A stretch of DNA of 64,000 bases, taken from the IMG/VR virus record IMGVR_UViG_3300027749_000107, positions 4,484-68,483 of that record; one strand, 5' to 3'. Under the pieces are notes generated by a model. That model was not told the DNA's origin and ran no database searches. It worked only from the letters and a program-made list of their open reading frames with translations. A program made the translations under genes and the position numbers. The DNA comes from a virus. This document shows positions 35,201 through 43,530 of this stretch, in pieces. Position 1 is the stretch's first letter, and every line of letters starts with the position of its first letter.

Positions 35201-35870
35201 CTCTATATCAACTGGGTTTGATGATATGTTTTCTGATGATGAAAAACCAGAAGAAGGCAAAGACGAATCATCGATTCTTGATGGATTTCCAAGTGTATCA
35301 GGAATGTTTAATAGTATAGGCAACAGTTTATCTAGTGCATTTAAGTCTGATAAACCCTCTGCTACTAGTGGCAATGTAAAATATGAAGAAATTCCTCAAG
35401 CAGAAATAGAAGCTAGGAACAAAAAACTTCAAGCTACTATTGGACAAAAAGAAACTAATCCGTCTGTATTACAGGAATTAGCTGCAGAACGTGCTAGACA
35501 AGCAGATTCCACTAGATATAAACAAAAAGAAGTACCGAAGCCAGAGATTGCTAAGATTAATGACACACATCAAACGACTGCAACTATTAAATCGCATGAT
35601 TTAAGCCATCCGTCGATTTCTGCTCAATCATTAAAACATACTGAACAGCATACTGCACCTAAACCACCGGTTATTGAACCACCTAAACCGGTAGAGCAAC
35701 CTAAACCATTAGTTGCTGCAATACACGAAACTACATTAAAAGATCTTCATGAAGCTCTGATGCAGTTAAATAAGACTATGGGCCAAATGGCACAACATAC
35801 TGATAATATCAGCTCAAATAGTAGAAAACAAATCGATGCAACATCAAGTTTATCTAATAGTAGATGGTAA
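32238..35870 (+). CDS. Tape-measure-like protein
   Basis: 1210 aa, Ala/Gly/Met-rich and helical, with LHGTELV motif and C-terminal L.QLNKTM.QM coil; adjacent to the chaperone. Confidence 0.65.
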   Translation: MSQDFENDMLELQKQNNALLKSLGGKLSPGSSGGGSSSGGGSSSGTGGFDALGGVFTNAASGLNSLWQGTLNVSNGFDGLTTAIQQNGGALGKVFGGISKDIGNAILETNKHMNTAGQVGANMNNDMAEYDRLIKGARMTHEQYNDMVKKGAVDLDGLGSTVNRSQKNFLEVTKVLQEGNVAAKMKEMGLSAEEVTEVAKASMAHQRGMDMSDETNKRRAAEAAMNLAASMEETTRITGLSRKQQLDAMDKAQADTRTKIALSRMDKGAQDRYRGAVSDSAGMGDAFKIVLKETLTGGVKSEEGRNAMAALGTSAADVQRYALSLKDSSVEGQQRSQELGNIARSRAEEWNMSEGASNLGQFGEGGAAEMFRKNYETDTMRETVRAKIDENKGGIDVATAMKMQKDEVRHNIVGENEKGEAIKTPGHELATTINKADRALSDLSAGTTEVFGKLVEKSNSLVQSFGNLNEVLKPKTQEQSHPSELLGGAVEQFKAKIPFYDAYNKGVQNRSNEKTTTDQLVAPVEKISRASGSPTLDSFLNGSGSFNDMFEHFDPKGTPAELHGTELVATQAQMKKLVEQLVPNMQASAAPKPATSTSTSDPIGQLKLPANPVPTTATVQQTVAPPTAKSEFETNFIKTVADRVEKTLATAFEPAVKNLHAQAVKSAQPQTAEVKQPETKKEVPKVEPKVEPKKEEVKKEEVKPVEPKPIDDKFAQLSKTIDAVTGEIQTGGIRTKEGAEKMASLGPAGMDLQKAILAHKNATTDQQKADAINAETTAVAKIKDYQSSKAATDMQVYASKEKLKTENTIAPIKTTADLNKMLFGNEEGLKTSLTPAPKDEKDKEKARLEGQSIIDQMSKQSPINGMMTDMKSFVQNTEKNGDVISSKIAESVKLPDFESTFKGLSEQISGSITTVLPSLDNTDQLKDAMEIFKSPDYTEFFTSMTDNLSSVVDNTGDALEIDEDTEDDSSSMFDSLPDFGEILSDAGNSISTGFDDMFSDDEKPEEGKDESSILDGFPSVSGMFNSIGNSLSSAFKSDKPSATSGNVKYEEIPQAEIEARNKKLQATIGQKETNPSVLQELAAERARQADSTRYKQKEVPKPEIAKINDTHQTTATIKSHDLSHPSISAQSLKHTEQHTAPKPPVIEPPKPVEQPKPLVAAIHETTLKDLHEALMQLNKTMGQMAQHTDNISSNSRKQIDATSSLSNSRW

Positions 35871-35914
35871 TCAGAGCATATTATACAGTAAACTCCAAAT
35901 AAGGAATAATTTTA

Positions 35915-37657
35915 ATGACATGGCGAAAACACTTTACACCAGTTGATAATGATTACGAACATAACCGGTCATCAAACAACTCTCAGAATTCAAAAGCAGG
36001 ACCTGCTAGGACTAACTATTCAAGTTACCTACCTGATGTGTATACAGGTAGTCCTAATCGTGTTGAGCGATATCAACAATACGAAGTTATGGATAGTGAT
36101 CCAGAAATTAATGCAGCATTAGACATTTTAGCTGAATTTTGCACACAAAAGCTAAAAGATGGCAAAAGTCCGTTTACAGTTAGATGGAATAGTAAAGCAA
36201 CTAACTCAGAAATACGTATTTTAGGTGAATATTTACAACAATGGAATAAATTACAGCAGTTTGATACTAGAATATTCCGTATTGTTCGTAACGTATTCAA
36301 ATACGGCGATGCTTTCTTTATTAGAGATCCGGAAACACAGAAGTGGCACTGGGTTGATAACAGTAAAATTGTAAAAATTATTGCAAATGAAAGCGATGGT
36401 AAGAAGCCAGAGCAGTATATCATTAAAGAGTTAGCTCCTAATTTTGAAAATTTAGTAGTAACACAGATAACACCTAATATTAATCCTAGACAAGCAGGTG
36501 GCGGAATGACATCTGGCGCTGGATATATGGGTGCACCTGGAGCTCAAAAAGGTGCAAGTGGTCCGTATCCTAGCTCAAGTTCTGGTTCTAGATTTGGTTT
36601 AGCTGAAACAGAACATGCAATTAATGCAGAACATGTTGTACATTTGTCATTGTCAGAAGGGTTAGATAACAATTTTCCGTTTGGTAACAGCTTATTAGAA
36701 AATATTTTTAAAGTTTATAAGCAAAAAGAGCTTTTAGAAGATGCTATTTTAATTTATCGTATACAACGAGCTCCAGAAAGACGTGTATTTCATATTGACG
36801 TAGGTAACATGCCAAGTCATTTAGCCATGTCATTTGTAGAAAGAGTTAAAAATGAGATACATCAACGTAGAATTCCAAGTCAAAGTGGCGGTGGGCAGAA
36901 CGTAATTGACAGTGCATACAATCCTTTAAGCATAAATGAAGACTATTTCTTCCCGCAAACTGCAGAAGGACGTGGTTCTAAAGTTGAAACGTTACCAGGC
37001 GGTACTAATTTAGGTGAAATTGACGATTTAAAATTTTTTACAAACAAGTTATTTCGCGGTTTACGTATACCAAGTAGCTACTTACCAACCGGCGCAGACG
37101 ATTCTCAAGCAAGTTTTAACGATGGTCGCGTAGGTACAGCATACATTCAAGAGCTACGTTTTAACAAATACTGTGAAAGATTGCAAAGTTTAATCACAGA
37201 AGCATTTACAAATGAATTTAAAATGTATATGTATGGGCGAGGTGTTAACATTGATGCAAACTTATTTGAATTAGCGTTTAATCCTCCAATGAACTTTGCT
37301 AGTGCTCGTCAAGCAGGACTAGATTCAGAAAGAATTAATACATTTAACACTATTCAAGCAGTACCGTTTATGAGTAAACGCTTTGCACTTAAAAGATTTT
37401 TAGGATTAAATGAAGATGAAATTGCAGAAAACGAAAGATTATGGGGCGAGGAACAAGGTAAAGGGCAGCCTACGCATACAGATGCCGCAGGAGAACTACG
37501 TAGTGCAGGGTTATCCGCAGCAGGCATGGAAGGCGATTTGGGAATGGCAGGAAATTTATCTGCTCCTGCTGATATGGGAATGGGTATGGATCAAGGAATG
37601 GGAGCAGGCATGGCGCCAGCAGCCCCTATGCCAGGTGCAGCGCCTCCAATGGGATAA
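35915..37657 (+). CDS. gp20: Portal protein (gp20)
   Basis: MDSDPEINAALD, LLEDAILIYRIQRAPERRVFHIDVGNMP, EDYFFP...GRGSKVETLPGG.NLGEIDDL, QELRFNKYCERLQ. Confidence 0.95.
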   Translation: MTWRKHFTPVDNDYEHNRSSNNSQNSKAGPARTNYSSYLPDVYTGSPNRVERYQQYEVMDSDPEINAALDILAEFCTQKLKDGKSPFTVRWNSKATNSEIRILGEYLQQWNKLQQFDTRIFRIVRNVFKYGDAFFIRDPETQKWHWVDNSKIVKIIANESDGKKPEQYIIKELAPNFENLVVTQITPNINPRQAGGGMTSGAGYMGAPGAQKGASGPYPSSSSGSRFGLAETEHAINAEHVVHLSLSEGLDNNFPFGNSLLENIFKVYKQKELLEDAILIYRIQRAPERRVFHIDVGNMPSHLAMSFVERVKNEIHQRRIPSQSGGGQNVIDSAYNPLSINEDYFFPQTAEGRGSKVETLPGGTNLGEIDDLKFFTNKLFRGLRIPSSYLPTGADDSQASFNDGRVGTAYIQELRFNKYCERLQSLITEAFTNEFKMYMYGRGVNIDANLFELAFNPPMNFASARQAGLDSERINTFNTIQAVPFMSKRFALKRFLGLNEDEIAENERLWGEEQGKGQPTHTDAAGELRSAGLSAAGMEGDLGMAGNLSAPADMGMGMDQGMGAGMAPAAPMPGAAPPMG

Positions 37658-37665
37658 ATAGATAT

Positions 37666-37902
37666 ATGATACTTAGAGAACTTTTTTATATTGATCCTAA
37701 CACTCGGAATGTAGCAAATGATTTGCGATATACTGAGGACAACGATAACTCTGCGATGCATCGGTCTGATACACGCAAAACGCGATTGTCACTTAGGCAA
37801 ATTAACGAATTACGTAAGAGCAGTGAAGCTCATATTTTAGAACAAGAAGTTGAATTACAGTTTGTTAATGCAATGTATTCTACTCCAGCCCCGGCTGCTT
37901 AA
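37666..37902 (+). CDS. Small prohead-associated protein
   Basis: Between portal and core/protease genes; DTRKTRLSLRQINELRK; ATAAATA (37654-60) 5 nt before the ATG. Confidence 0.7.
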   Translation: MILRELFYIDPNTRNVANDLRYTEDNDNSAMHRSDTRKTRLSLRQINELRKSSEAHILEQEVELQFVNAMYSTPAPAA

Positions 37903-38018
37903 AAAAATCTAAAACGATTCAAAAACCACCGGTTTGACCCTATTTTTACCTTCTTTTTTATAAGTAGTGTAAATATAAGACAGCCTTGTAGAAAAATAGA
38001 ATATCACAGGAGATTAAC

Positions 38019-38873
38019 ATGACTGACCGTACAAAATTTGAAGCCATGCTTGAGGCCTTGATCAATGAAGATCATGAAGCAGCAAAAGATATATTTCACA
38101 ACATTGTAGTAGGTAAATCTCGCGAGATTTATGAAAAATTGTTAGCAGAAGAATTTGAAGAAGAAGAAGTTGACGAAGCATTTGGCGACGAAGAAGAAAG
38201 CGACGACGAATTTGGTAGTGATGACGAAGAAGAAGGCGACGAAGAAGAAAACGATGACGAATTTGGTAGTGATGACGAAGAAGAAAACGATGACGAATTT
38301 GGTAGTGATGACGAATTTGGTAGTGATGACGAATTTGGTGATGAAGAAAGTGACGGCGATTTAGAAGACCGCGTTATGGATCTTGAAGATGCATTAGACG
38401 AATTAAAATCAGAATTTGAACAATTGTTAGCCGGTGAAGAAGACGAACCAGAACACGATGACATGTTTGGCGGCGATGATGAATTAGCTGGCGACATGGG
38501 CATGGATGACATGGGCGGCGAAGAAGAAGATGAATTCCAAAGCATGTTTGAATATGTAAACAAAGTTGCATTACCTAAACACGGTGATAACGGCGTTAAC
38601 ACAAAAAGTATGTTTAACAAACCTAAATACAATGACATGGGCGGTGTAGCTCCTAAATTTGGTAAAACTGCGTCAGGCGAAGGTACCAAAGGCGGATTAT
38701 TAAATCCATCTACACAAGACTTAACTGCAGGTTTAGGAAAAATCCACAACCGTAAAGACAGTAAAGCTGGAAAAACAGCGTTCAAAACAAGAGAACCTGG
38801 TCACGGTGCAGAATCAAAAGGTAAACGCGAATCAGCTCCAAACACTAAAAGTTTGATTCCAGGAAGAAAGTAA
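38019..38873 (+). CDS. Highly acidic prohead core/scaffold-like protein (gp67/68 position)
   Basis: Long D/E-rich tract and basic C-terminus; immediately upstream of the prohead protease; CAGGAG RBS; GTAAATA motif upstream. Confidence 0.7.
   Translation: MTDRTKFEAMLEALINEDHEAAKDIFHNIVVGKSREIYEKLLAEEFEEEEVDEAFGDEEESDDEFGSDDEEEGDEEENDDEFGSDDEEENDDEFGSDDEFGSDDEFGDEESDGDLEDRVMDLEDALDELKSEFEQLLAGEEDEPEHDDMFGGDDELAGDMGMDDMGGEEEDEFQSMFEYVNKVALPKHGDNGVNTKSMFNKPKYNDMGGVAPKFGKTASGEGTKGGLLNPSTQDLTAGLGKIHNRKDSKAGKTAFKTREPGHGAESKGKRESAPNTKSLIPGRK
38202..38342 (+). repeat. Coding repeats GA(T/C)GACGAATTTGGT(AGT), encoding DDEFGS, 5 copies
   Basis: 18-bp unit in tandem at 38289-38339 plus two spaced copies upstream. 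Confidence 0.9.
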
Positions 38874-38876
38874 TCT

Positions 38877-39503
38877 ATGTTACATCTCCGAGAAAACCTT
38901 AGCTTCAACGAAGCACAAATGATCGTTGAATCTGACGACAAGGAAGGAAAGAACCTGTATATGAGCGGTATTTGTATACAAGGTGGCATCCGTAACGCAA
39001 ATCAACGTGTGTATCCTGTGAGTGAGATTGGCAAGGCTGTTAAGACCCTCAACGATCAGATTCAAAATGGTTATTCTGTGCTCGGAGAAGTAGATCATCC
39101 AGATGATCTTAAAATTAATTTAGATAGAGTTTCACATATGATAACTAACATGTGGATGGAAGGACCAAATGGTTACGGTAAACTTAAAATTTTACCAACA
39201 CCAATGGGACAACTTATTAAAACAATGTTAGAAAGCGGTGTAAAGCTTGGAGTCAGTTCACGTGGTTCTGGTAATGTTAGCGATAACGGATCAGGCGAAG
39301 TATCAGATTTTGAGATTATTACCGTTGATATGGTAGCTCAACCAAGTGCGCCCGGCGCATATCCTACACCGATCTATGAACACCTTATGAATTCAAAAGG
39401 CGGTCTTAGTTCAATCCGTTTAGCGGAAGAGGTAAGAGGTGATGCAAAAGCGCAAAAATACCTCAAAGAAAGTTTATTAAATATAATAAACGGACTCCAA
39501 TAG
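38877..39503 (+). CDS. gp21: Prohead protease (gp21)
   Basis: GICIQGGIRNANQRVYP, LGEVDHP, RVSH, GVSSRGSG, DMVAQPSAPGAY. Confidence 0.95.
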   Translation: MLHLRENLSFNEAQMIVESDDKEGKNLYMSGICIQGGIRNANQRVYPVSEIGKAVKTLNDQIQNGYSVLGEVDHPDDLKINLDRVSHMITNMWMEGPNGYGKLKILPTPMGQLIKTMLESGVKLGVSSRGSGNVSDNGSGEVSDFEIITVDMVAQPSAPGAYPTPIYEHLMNSKGGLSSIRLAEEVRGDAKAQKYLKESLLNIINGLQ

Positions 39504-39517
39504 TAAAGGAGAATCAC

Positions 39518-40606
39518 ATGTTGGAAGCACTAAAAACTTTATTTGAAAACAATGTGGTTTCGGAAGAGATCAAAGAGTCGATCACACAAGCATGGGATCA
39601 ACGTATTGTTGAAAACCGTGAAATTGTTGCTCAACAACTACGCGAAGAATTTGCTCAAAAATATGAACACGACAAAAACACTATGGTTGAAGCAGTAGAT
39701 CGTATGATCTCTGAACAGCTATCAAGTGAACTTGGCGAGTTTGTAGCAGATCGTAAACAACTAGCAGAAATGAAAGTTAAATTTGCTAGAAAAATGACTG
39801 AAAGTGCAAAAACGGTTAACACATTTGTTACACGTCAATTAGCACAAGAAGTTAAAGAACTGCATGAAGATCAAATGACAATGGCTAATAAATTTGGCAC
39901 ATTGGAACATTTCGTAGTTGAAGCTCTTGCTCAAGAAATTACAGAATTTTATAAAGACAAACAGGATTTAGCCGAATCAAAAGTTCGTTTAATTCGTGAA
40001 GGTCGTCAAGAAATCAAACAAGTAAAAAAACAATTTGTTCAACGCGCAGCTGCAATGGTTGAAAGTGTTGTAGGTCAGACGTTAAATGCTGAAATTACAT
40101 CATTAAAAGAAGACATCGACTCTGCTCGCCGTGCTGATTTTGGCCGCAAATTATTTGAAGCGTTTGCTAGCGAGTATCAAACTAGCTACTTGAATGATAA
40201 ATCAGAAACTGCAAAATTGCTCAAAGTCATAGACATGAAAGATTTAGCCATCAATGAAGCTGCATCTGCAGTTATCAAAGCTGAAAGAATATTAGAAAGC
40301 AAACAAGCAGAAATATTTGCGTTGAAAGAATCGCAAGAAAGAAAATCGGTTATGAATGATCTGTTAGCTCCGCTTAATGCAGAGCACCGTGAGATTATGA
40401 GCGAATTGATGACGAGTGTAAAAACTTCAAAACTTAATGAAAGTTTTGAAAAATATTTACCCGCAGTTGTTGCAGGTAGAGCACCACAAAAAAGACAGGC
40501 TCTTGTAGAAGCTAAAGAAATAACAGGAAATAAAATTTCCACAACCACTCGTAGCAGCGAAGATGAATCGAACATTATCGATATCCGCCGCCTTGCTGGA
40601 CTATAA
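39518..40606 (+). CDS. gp22: Prohead core scaffolding protein (gp22-like)
   Basis: Coiled-coil protein between protease and MCP; FGRKLFEAFASE. Confidence 0.8.
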   Translation: MLEALKTLFENNVVSEEIKESITQAWDQRIVENREIVAQQLREEFAQKYEHDKNTMVEAVDRMISEQLSSELGEFVADRKQLAEMKVKFARKMTESAKTVNTFVTRQLAQEVKELHEDQMTMANKFGTLEHFVVEALAQEITEFYKDKQDLAESKVRLIREGRQEIKQVKKQFVQRAAAMVESVVGQTLNAEITSLKEDIDSARRADFGRKLFEAFASEYQTSYLNDKSETAKLLKVIDMKDLAINEAASAVIKAERILESKQAEIFALKESQERKSVMNDLLAPLNAEHREIMSELMTSVKTSKLNESFEKYLPAVVAGRAPQKRQALVEAKEITGNKISTTTRSSEDESNIIDIRRLAGL

Positions 40607-40624
40607 AGATTTAGGAGAATTTAA

Positions 40625-41791
40625 ATGTCAGAATTACTTAATGGCCGTTGGGCAGAAACAAAGCAAGCACTTTTAGAAGGCTTGTCAGGCACAAAAAAAT
40701 CAGTAATGGGAGTTACACTTGAAAATACACGTAAGTATTTGATGGAAAGTCCAACTGCTGGTGCTACATCTGCTGGCAATATATCAACTTTAAACCGCGT
40801 GATTTTACCAGTAATCCGTCGTGTAATGCCAACCGTTATTGCTAACGAATTGGTAGGTGTACAACCAATGACTGGTCCTGTTGGTCAAATCCACACATTG
40901 CGTGTTCGTTATGCTGATAATGGTCAAGACGTATTAGCAGGCGAAGAAGCATTGAGCCCATTCAAAATTGCAGAAGCTTATTCAGGTAACAACAGTTCTA
41001 CAGCAAAAGCTGCTTCAACTGCAACACTTGAAGGACAAGCTGGCAAAAAAATGAGCATTCAAATCTTGAAACAAACTGTTGAAGCAAAAACTCGTAAATT
41101 ATCAGCTCGTTGGACTTTTGAAGCTGCACAAGATGCGCAAGCACAACAAGGTATTGACGTTGAAGCAGAAATTATGGCTGCATTAGCTCAAGAAATTACT
41201 GCTGAGATTGATCAAGAAATCATCGCTTCATTATTAACATTAGCTGGTTCAGACGTTGAAACATACAACCAAGCTGCAGTATCAGGTACAGCTACTTTCG
41301 TAGGTGACGAACACGCTGCATTGGCTGTTCAAATCAACCGTGTAAGTAACTTAATTGCACAACGTACACGTCGTGGCGCTGGCAACTATGCTGTTGTATC
41401 TCCATTTGCTTTAACAATTTTACAATCAGCTACTACTTCAGCTTTTGCTCGTACAACTGAAGGTACTTTCGAAGCTCCTACTAACACTAAATTTGTTGGT
41501 ACTTTAAACAATTCATTGAAAGTTTATGTAAACAGCTATGCAACTGATGACAAATCAATCTTAATTGGTTACAAAGGTGGTTCAGAATCAGACGCACCTG
41601 CGTTTTATTGCCCTTACATTCCTTTGATGTCTTCAGGTGTTGTTTTAGATCCATCAACATTTGAACCAGTTGTATCGTTCATGACACGTTATGGTTATGT
41701 TGAACTTTCTAATACTGCGTCATCTTTGGGTAACGCTGCTGATTATTTAGGTCGTGTTGGTATTAACAACGGTAACGTTAGATTTAGCTAA
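40625..41791 (+). CDS. gp23: Major capsid protein (gp23)
   Basis: LPVIRRVMP..IANELVGVQPMTGPVGQI, VEAKTRKLSARWTFE.AQD, EIDQEII, FYCPYIPL, MTRYG. Confidence 0.97.
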   Translation: MSELLNGRWAETKQALLEGLSGTKKSVMGVTLENTRKYLMESPTAGATSAGNISTLNRVILPVIRRVMPTVIANELVGVQPMTGPVGQIHTLRVRYADNGQDVLAGEEALSPFKIAEAYSGNNSSTAKAASTATLEGQAGKKMSIQILKQTVEAKTRKLSARWTFEAAQDAQAQQGIDVEAEIMAALAQEITAEIDQEIIASLLTLAGSDVETYNQAAVSGTATFVGDEHAALAVQINRVSNLIAQRTRRGAGNYAVVSPFALTILQSATTSAFARTTEGTFEAPTNTKFVGTLNNSLKVYVNSYATDDKSILIGYKGGSESDAPAFYCPYIPLMSSGVVLDPSTFEPVVSFMTRYGYVELSNTASSLGNAADYLGRVGINNGNVRFS

Positions 41792-41815
41792 TATAAACTT
41801 AGGAATATATTATTT

Positions 41816-41842
41816 AAAAAGGCTCCTTTGGAGCCTTTTTTT
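41816..41842. terminator. Intrinsic terminator after MCP, potentially bidirectional
   Basis: AAAAA-GGCTCC-ttt-GGAGCC-TTTTTTT. Confidence 0.9.
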
Positions 41843-41856
41843 ATGATAAATACATC

Positions 41857-42435
41857 ATGACAACACAATTCTATACACCTACAACAATTCAAGAAGTTAC
41901 ACCTACAGACGATTATTTGATGCAACCTATTATAGGATGGAATCACAATGGCGCAATATCTGATAACAACTATGCTGTTAGCAAGCAACCGCTTTATACT
42001 ATTAGTGGGTTGTGGATGGAGAAATATCTCAGTCATACTAGCGAGCTATGGTGTACTGGACTTAATATTCCAGACAATGGCCAACAAGTAGTAGGAATAG
42101 AATTTTCATTATTAATGCATAGATTTTCTAGAATTGAAGATTTGCGCTTACAATTAATACTAAACGGTGAAGCAATAGGCGATAACATGGCAAGCCCAGT
42201 TGATCCTGTACAAAGTAACATGTACACAGGTGATAATAGTCCATTACTTCCTATAATAGGCGACTCAAATGTTTATGGTGGGCTTAATAACTTGTGGGGA
42301 ACTACTAATTTAACTAGTGCAGATGTTGCAGATCCGTCATTTGGAATTATAATTAGTTTTCGCAGTAATCAAGTATATCCACATCGCGATATAGCGCAGA
42401 TAAATCAGATCGCGTTAGGTATCACCTACGGATAA
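41857..42435 (+). CDS. Hypothetical late (probably virion) protein
   Basis: 192-aa ORF; ATAAATA at 41846-52 is 4 nt before the ATG. Confidence 0.7.
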   Translation: MTTQFYTPTTIQEVTPTDDYLMQPIIGWNHNGAISDNNYAVSKQPLYTISGLWMEKYLSHTSELWCTGLNIPDNGQQVVGIEFSLLMHRFSRIEDLRLQLILNGEAIGDNMASPVDPVQSNMYTGDNSPLLPIIGDSNVYGGLNNLWGTTNLTSADVADPSFGIIISFRSNQVYPHRDIAQINQIALGITYG

Positions 42436-42517
42436 ATACTTAGTCATTCAAGTGCTGCAATTGCAGACTTATGCAGTACCCACTGCGTATGGCTTAAAAC
42501 GTCAAAGGAGAAAAACA
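42432..42517 (+). promoter_or_regulatory. Late promoter plus structured 5' UTR (three-way junction)
   Basis: ATAAATA at 42432-38; AGTCAT/ATGGCT encloses two hairpins; AAGGAG RBS follows. Confidence 0.55.
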
Positions 42518-43483
42518 ATGGGACGTCCATTAAATAAAAAATATTTTGGTAACCGCAACGTCGGTTCAGCATCAACTACTGCAGATGACGGCATCGGCGG
42601 TAAAAGCGTAGCAAGCATTCCTGTTACTACTGCTAGTTCATACACTACTCGTCCGTTAGTAACATTAACCGGTGCACCTAATTTACTTAGCGGTGTAGCT
42701 GCAACTGCAACTATTACTTCAGAAGCAGCTACTGGTGCAACTACTACTCCGGGTACAGGTTATACTGTTGGCGACACTCTTACATTATCAACTGCAGGCG
42801 GAACAGCTGTTGCAGTTGTAGCTAGCATCACTGGCGGTGGCGCAACTGGCCCAATTGGCGTAGTTAACTTTACAGGTACAGGCGCAAGTCGTGGTAGTTT
42901 TGAAGCATTACCTGGTGTTAAAGTTGCTGCAGTTGGCGGAACTGGCACAGGCGCTGAAATTACTATTACTTTCCAAGCTAAATCAGTAAAAGTATTACCT
43001 GGTTCAGGTTACACAACTACAACTCCAACTGCAGCAGCAACACAATCTGTTGTATTAGGAACAGTGGTAATGACTACTCCAATTGCAAATACTGCTACAG
43101 TAGGTTCAGGATTTAATCCAGAGTCTGCTATCATTGCATCTGCATATACTAGTTCAAGTAGTAAACAAGCTGATATTATTAAACAAGTTTCAACTTATCG
43201 TTATAAAGTAAAAACATCTGATGGTACAGTTATTGCAAAATTAGTAACAGTTGCAGCAGCTGCTCCCGGGTCTGATGGTATTAATCAAATGACAATTACA
43301 GCAACCGATAGTGGTGGATTTACATACTACGTTCAAAAACTAACTTCACGTAAAGCAGCTATTGTTCCTTACGGTATTGGTACTCATCAGTTTCCGCTTA
43401 ATTCAGACAACACCGCAAAACGTGTACAATGGACATTAGGCACTGCAGTAGCAAACACATCAGTAAAATTAGAAAACGGTTAA
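42518..43483 (+). CDS. Virion structural protein (start revised to MGRPLNKKYFG, 321 aa)
   Basis: Strong AAGGAG RBS before the ATG at 42518. The track's GTG start at 42452 lies in the UTR structure. Thr/Gly/Ala-rich beta protein. Confidence 0.75.
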   Translation: MGRPLNKKYFGNRNVGSASTTADDGIGGKSVASIPVTTASSYTTRPLVTLTGAPNLLSGVAATATITSEAATGATTTPGTGYTVGDTLTLSTAGGTAVAVVASITGGGATGPIGVVNFTGTGASRGSFEALPGVKVAAVGGTGTGAEITITFQAKSVKVLPGSGYTTTTPTAAATQSVVLGTVVMTTPIANTATVGSGFNPESAIIASAYTSSSSKQADIIKQVSTYRYKVKTSDGTVIAKLVTVAAAAPGSDGINQMTITATDSGGFTYYVQKLTSRKAAIVPYGIGTHQFPLNSDNTAKRVQWTLGTAVANTSVKLENG

Positions 43484-43496
43484 TTAAAACAATGCG

Positions 43497-43519
43497 AAGG
43501 GGTCGCAAGACCCCTTTTT
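43497..43519 (+). terminator. Intrinsic terminator
   Basis: AAGGGGTC-gcaa-GACCCCTT-TTT with a GNRA loop. Confidence 0.9.
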
Positions 43520-43530
43520 GAGGAATATAA

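Noticed and set aside
38202-38342. Spaced short repeats resembling a mini-CRISPR array
   Set aside because: They are in-frame coding repeats with no unique spacers of constant length, and no cas genes are present.
38129-38785. 218-aa Ser-rich antisense ORF
   Set aside because: It is the reverse complement of GAA/GAC/GAT-rich acidic coding sequence.
42452-42517. 22-aa N-terminal extension from GTG 42452
   Set aside because: It has no RBS and lies within the UTR structure; a strong RBS precedes ATG 42518.
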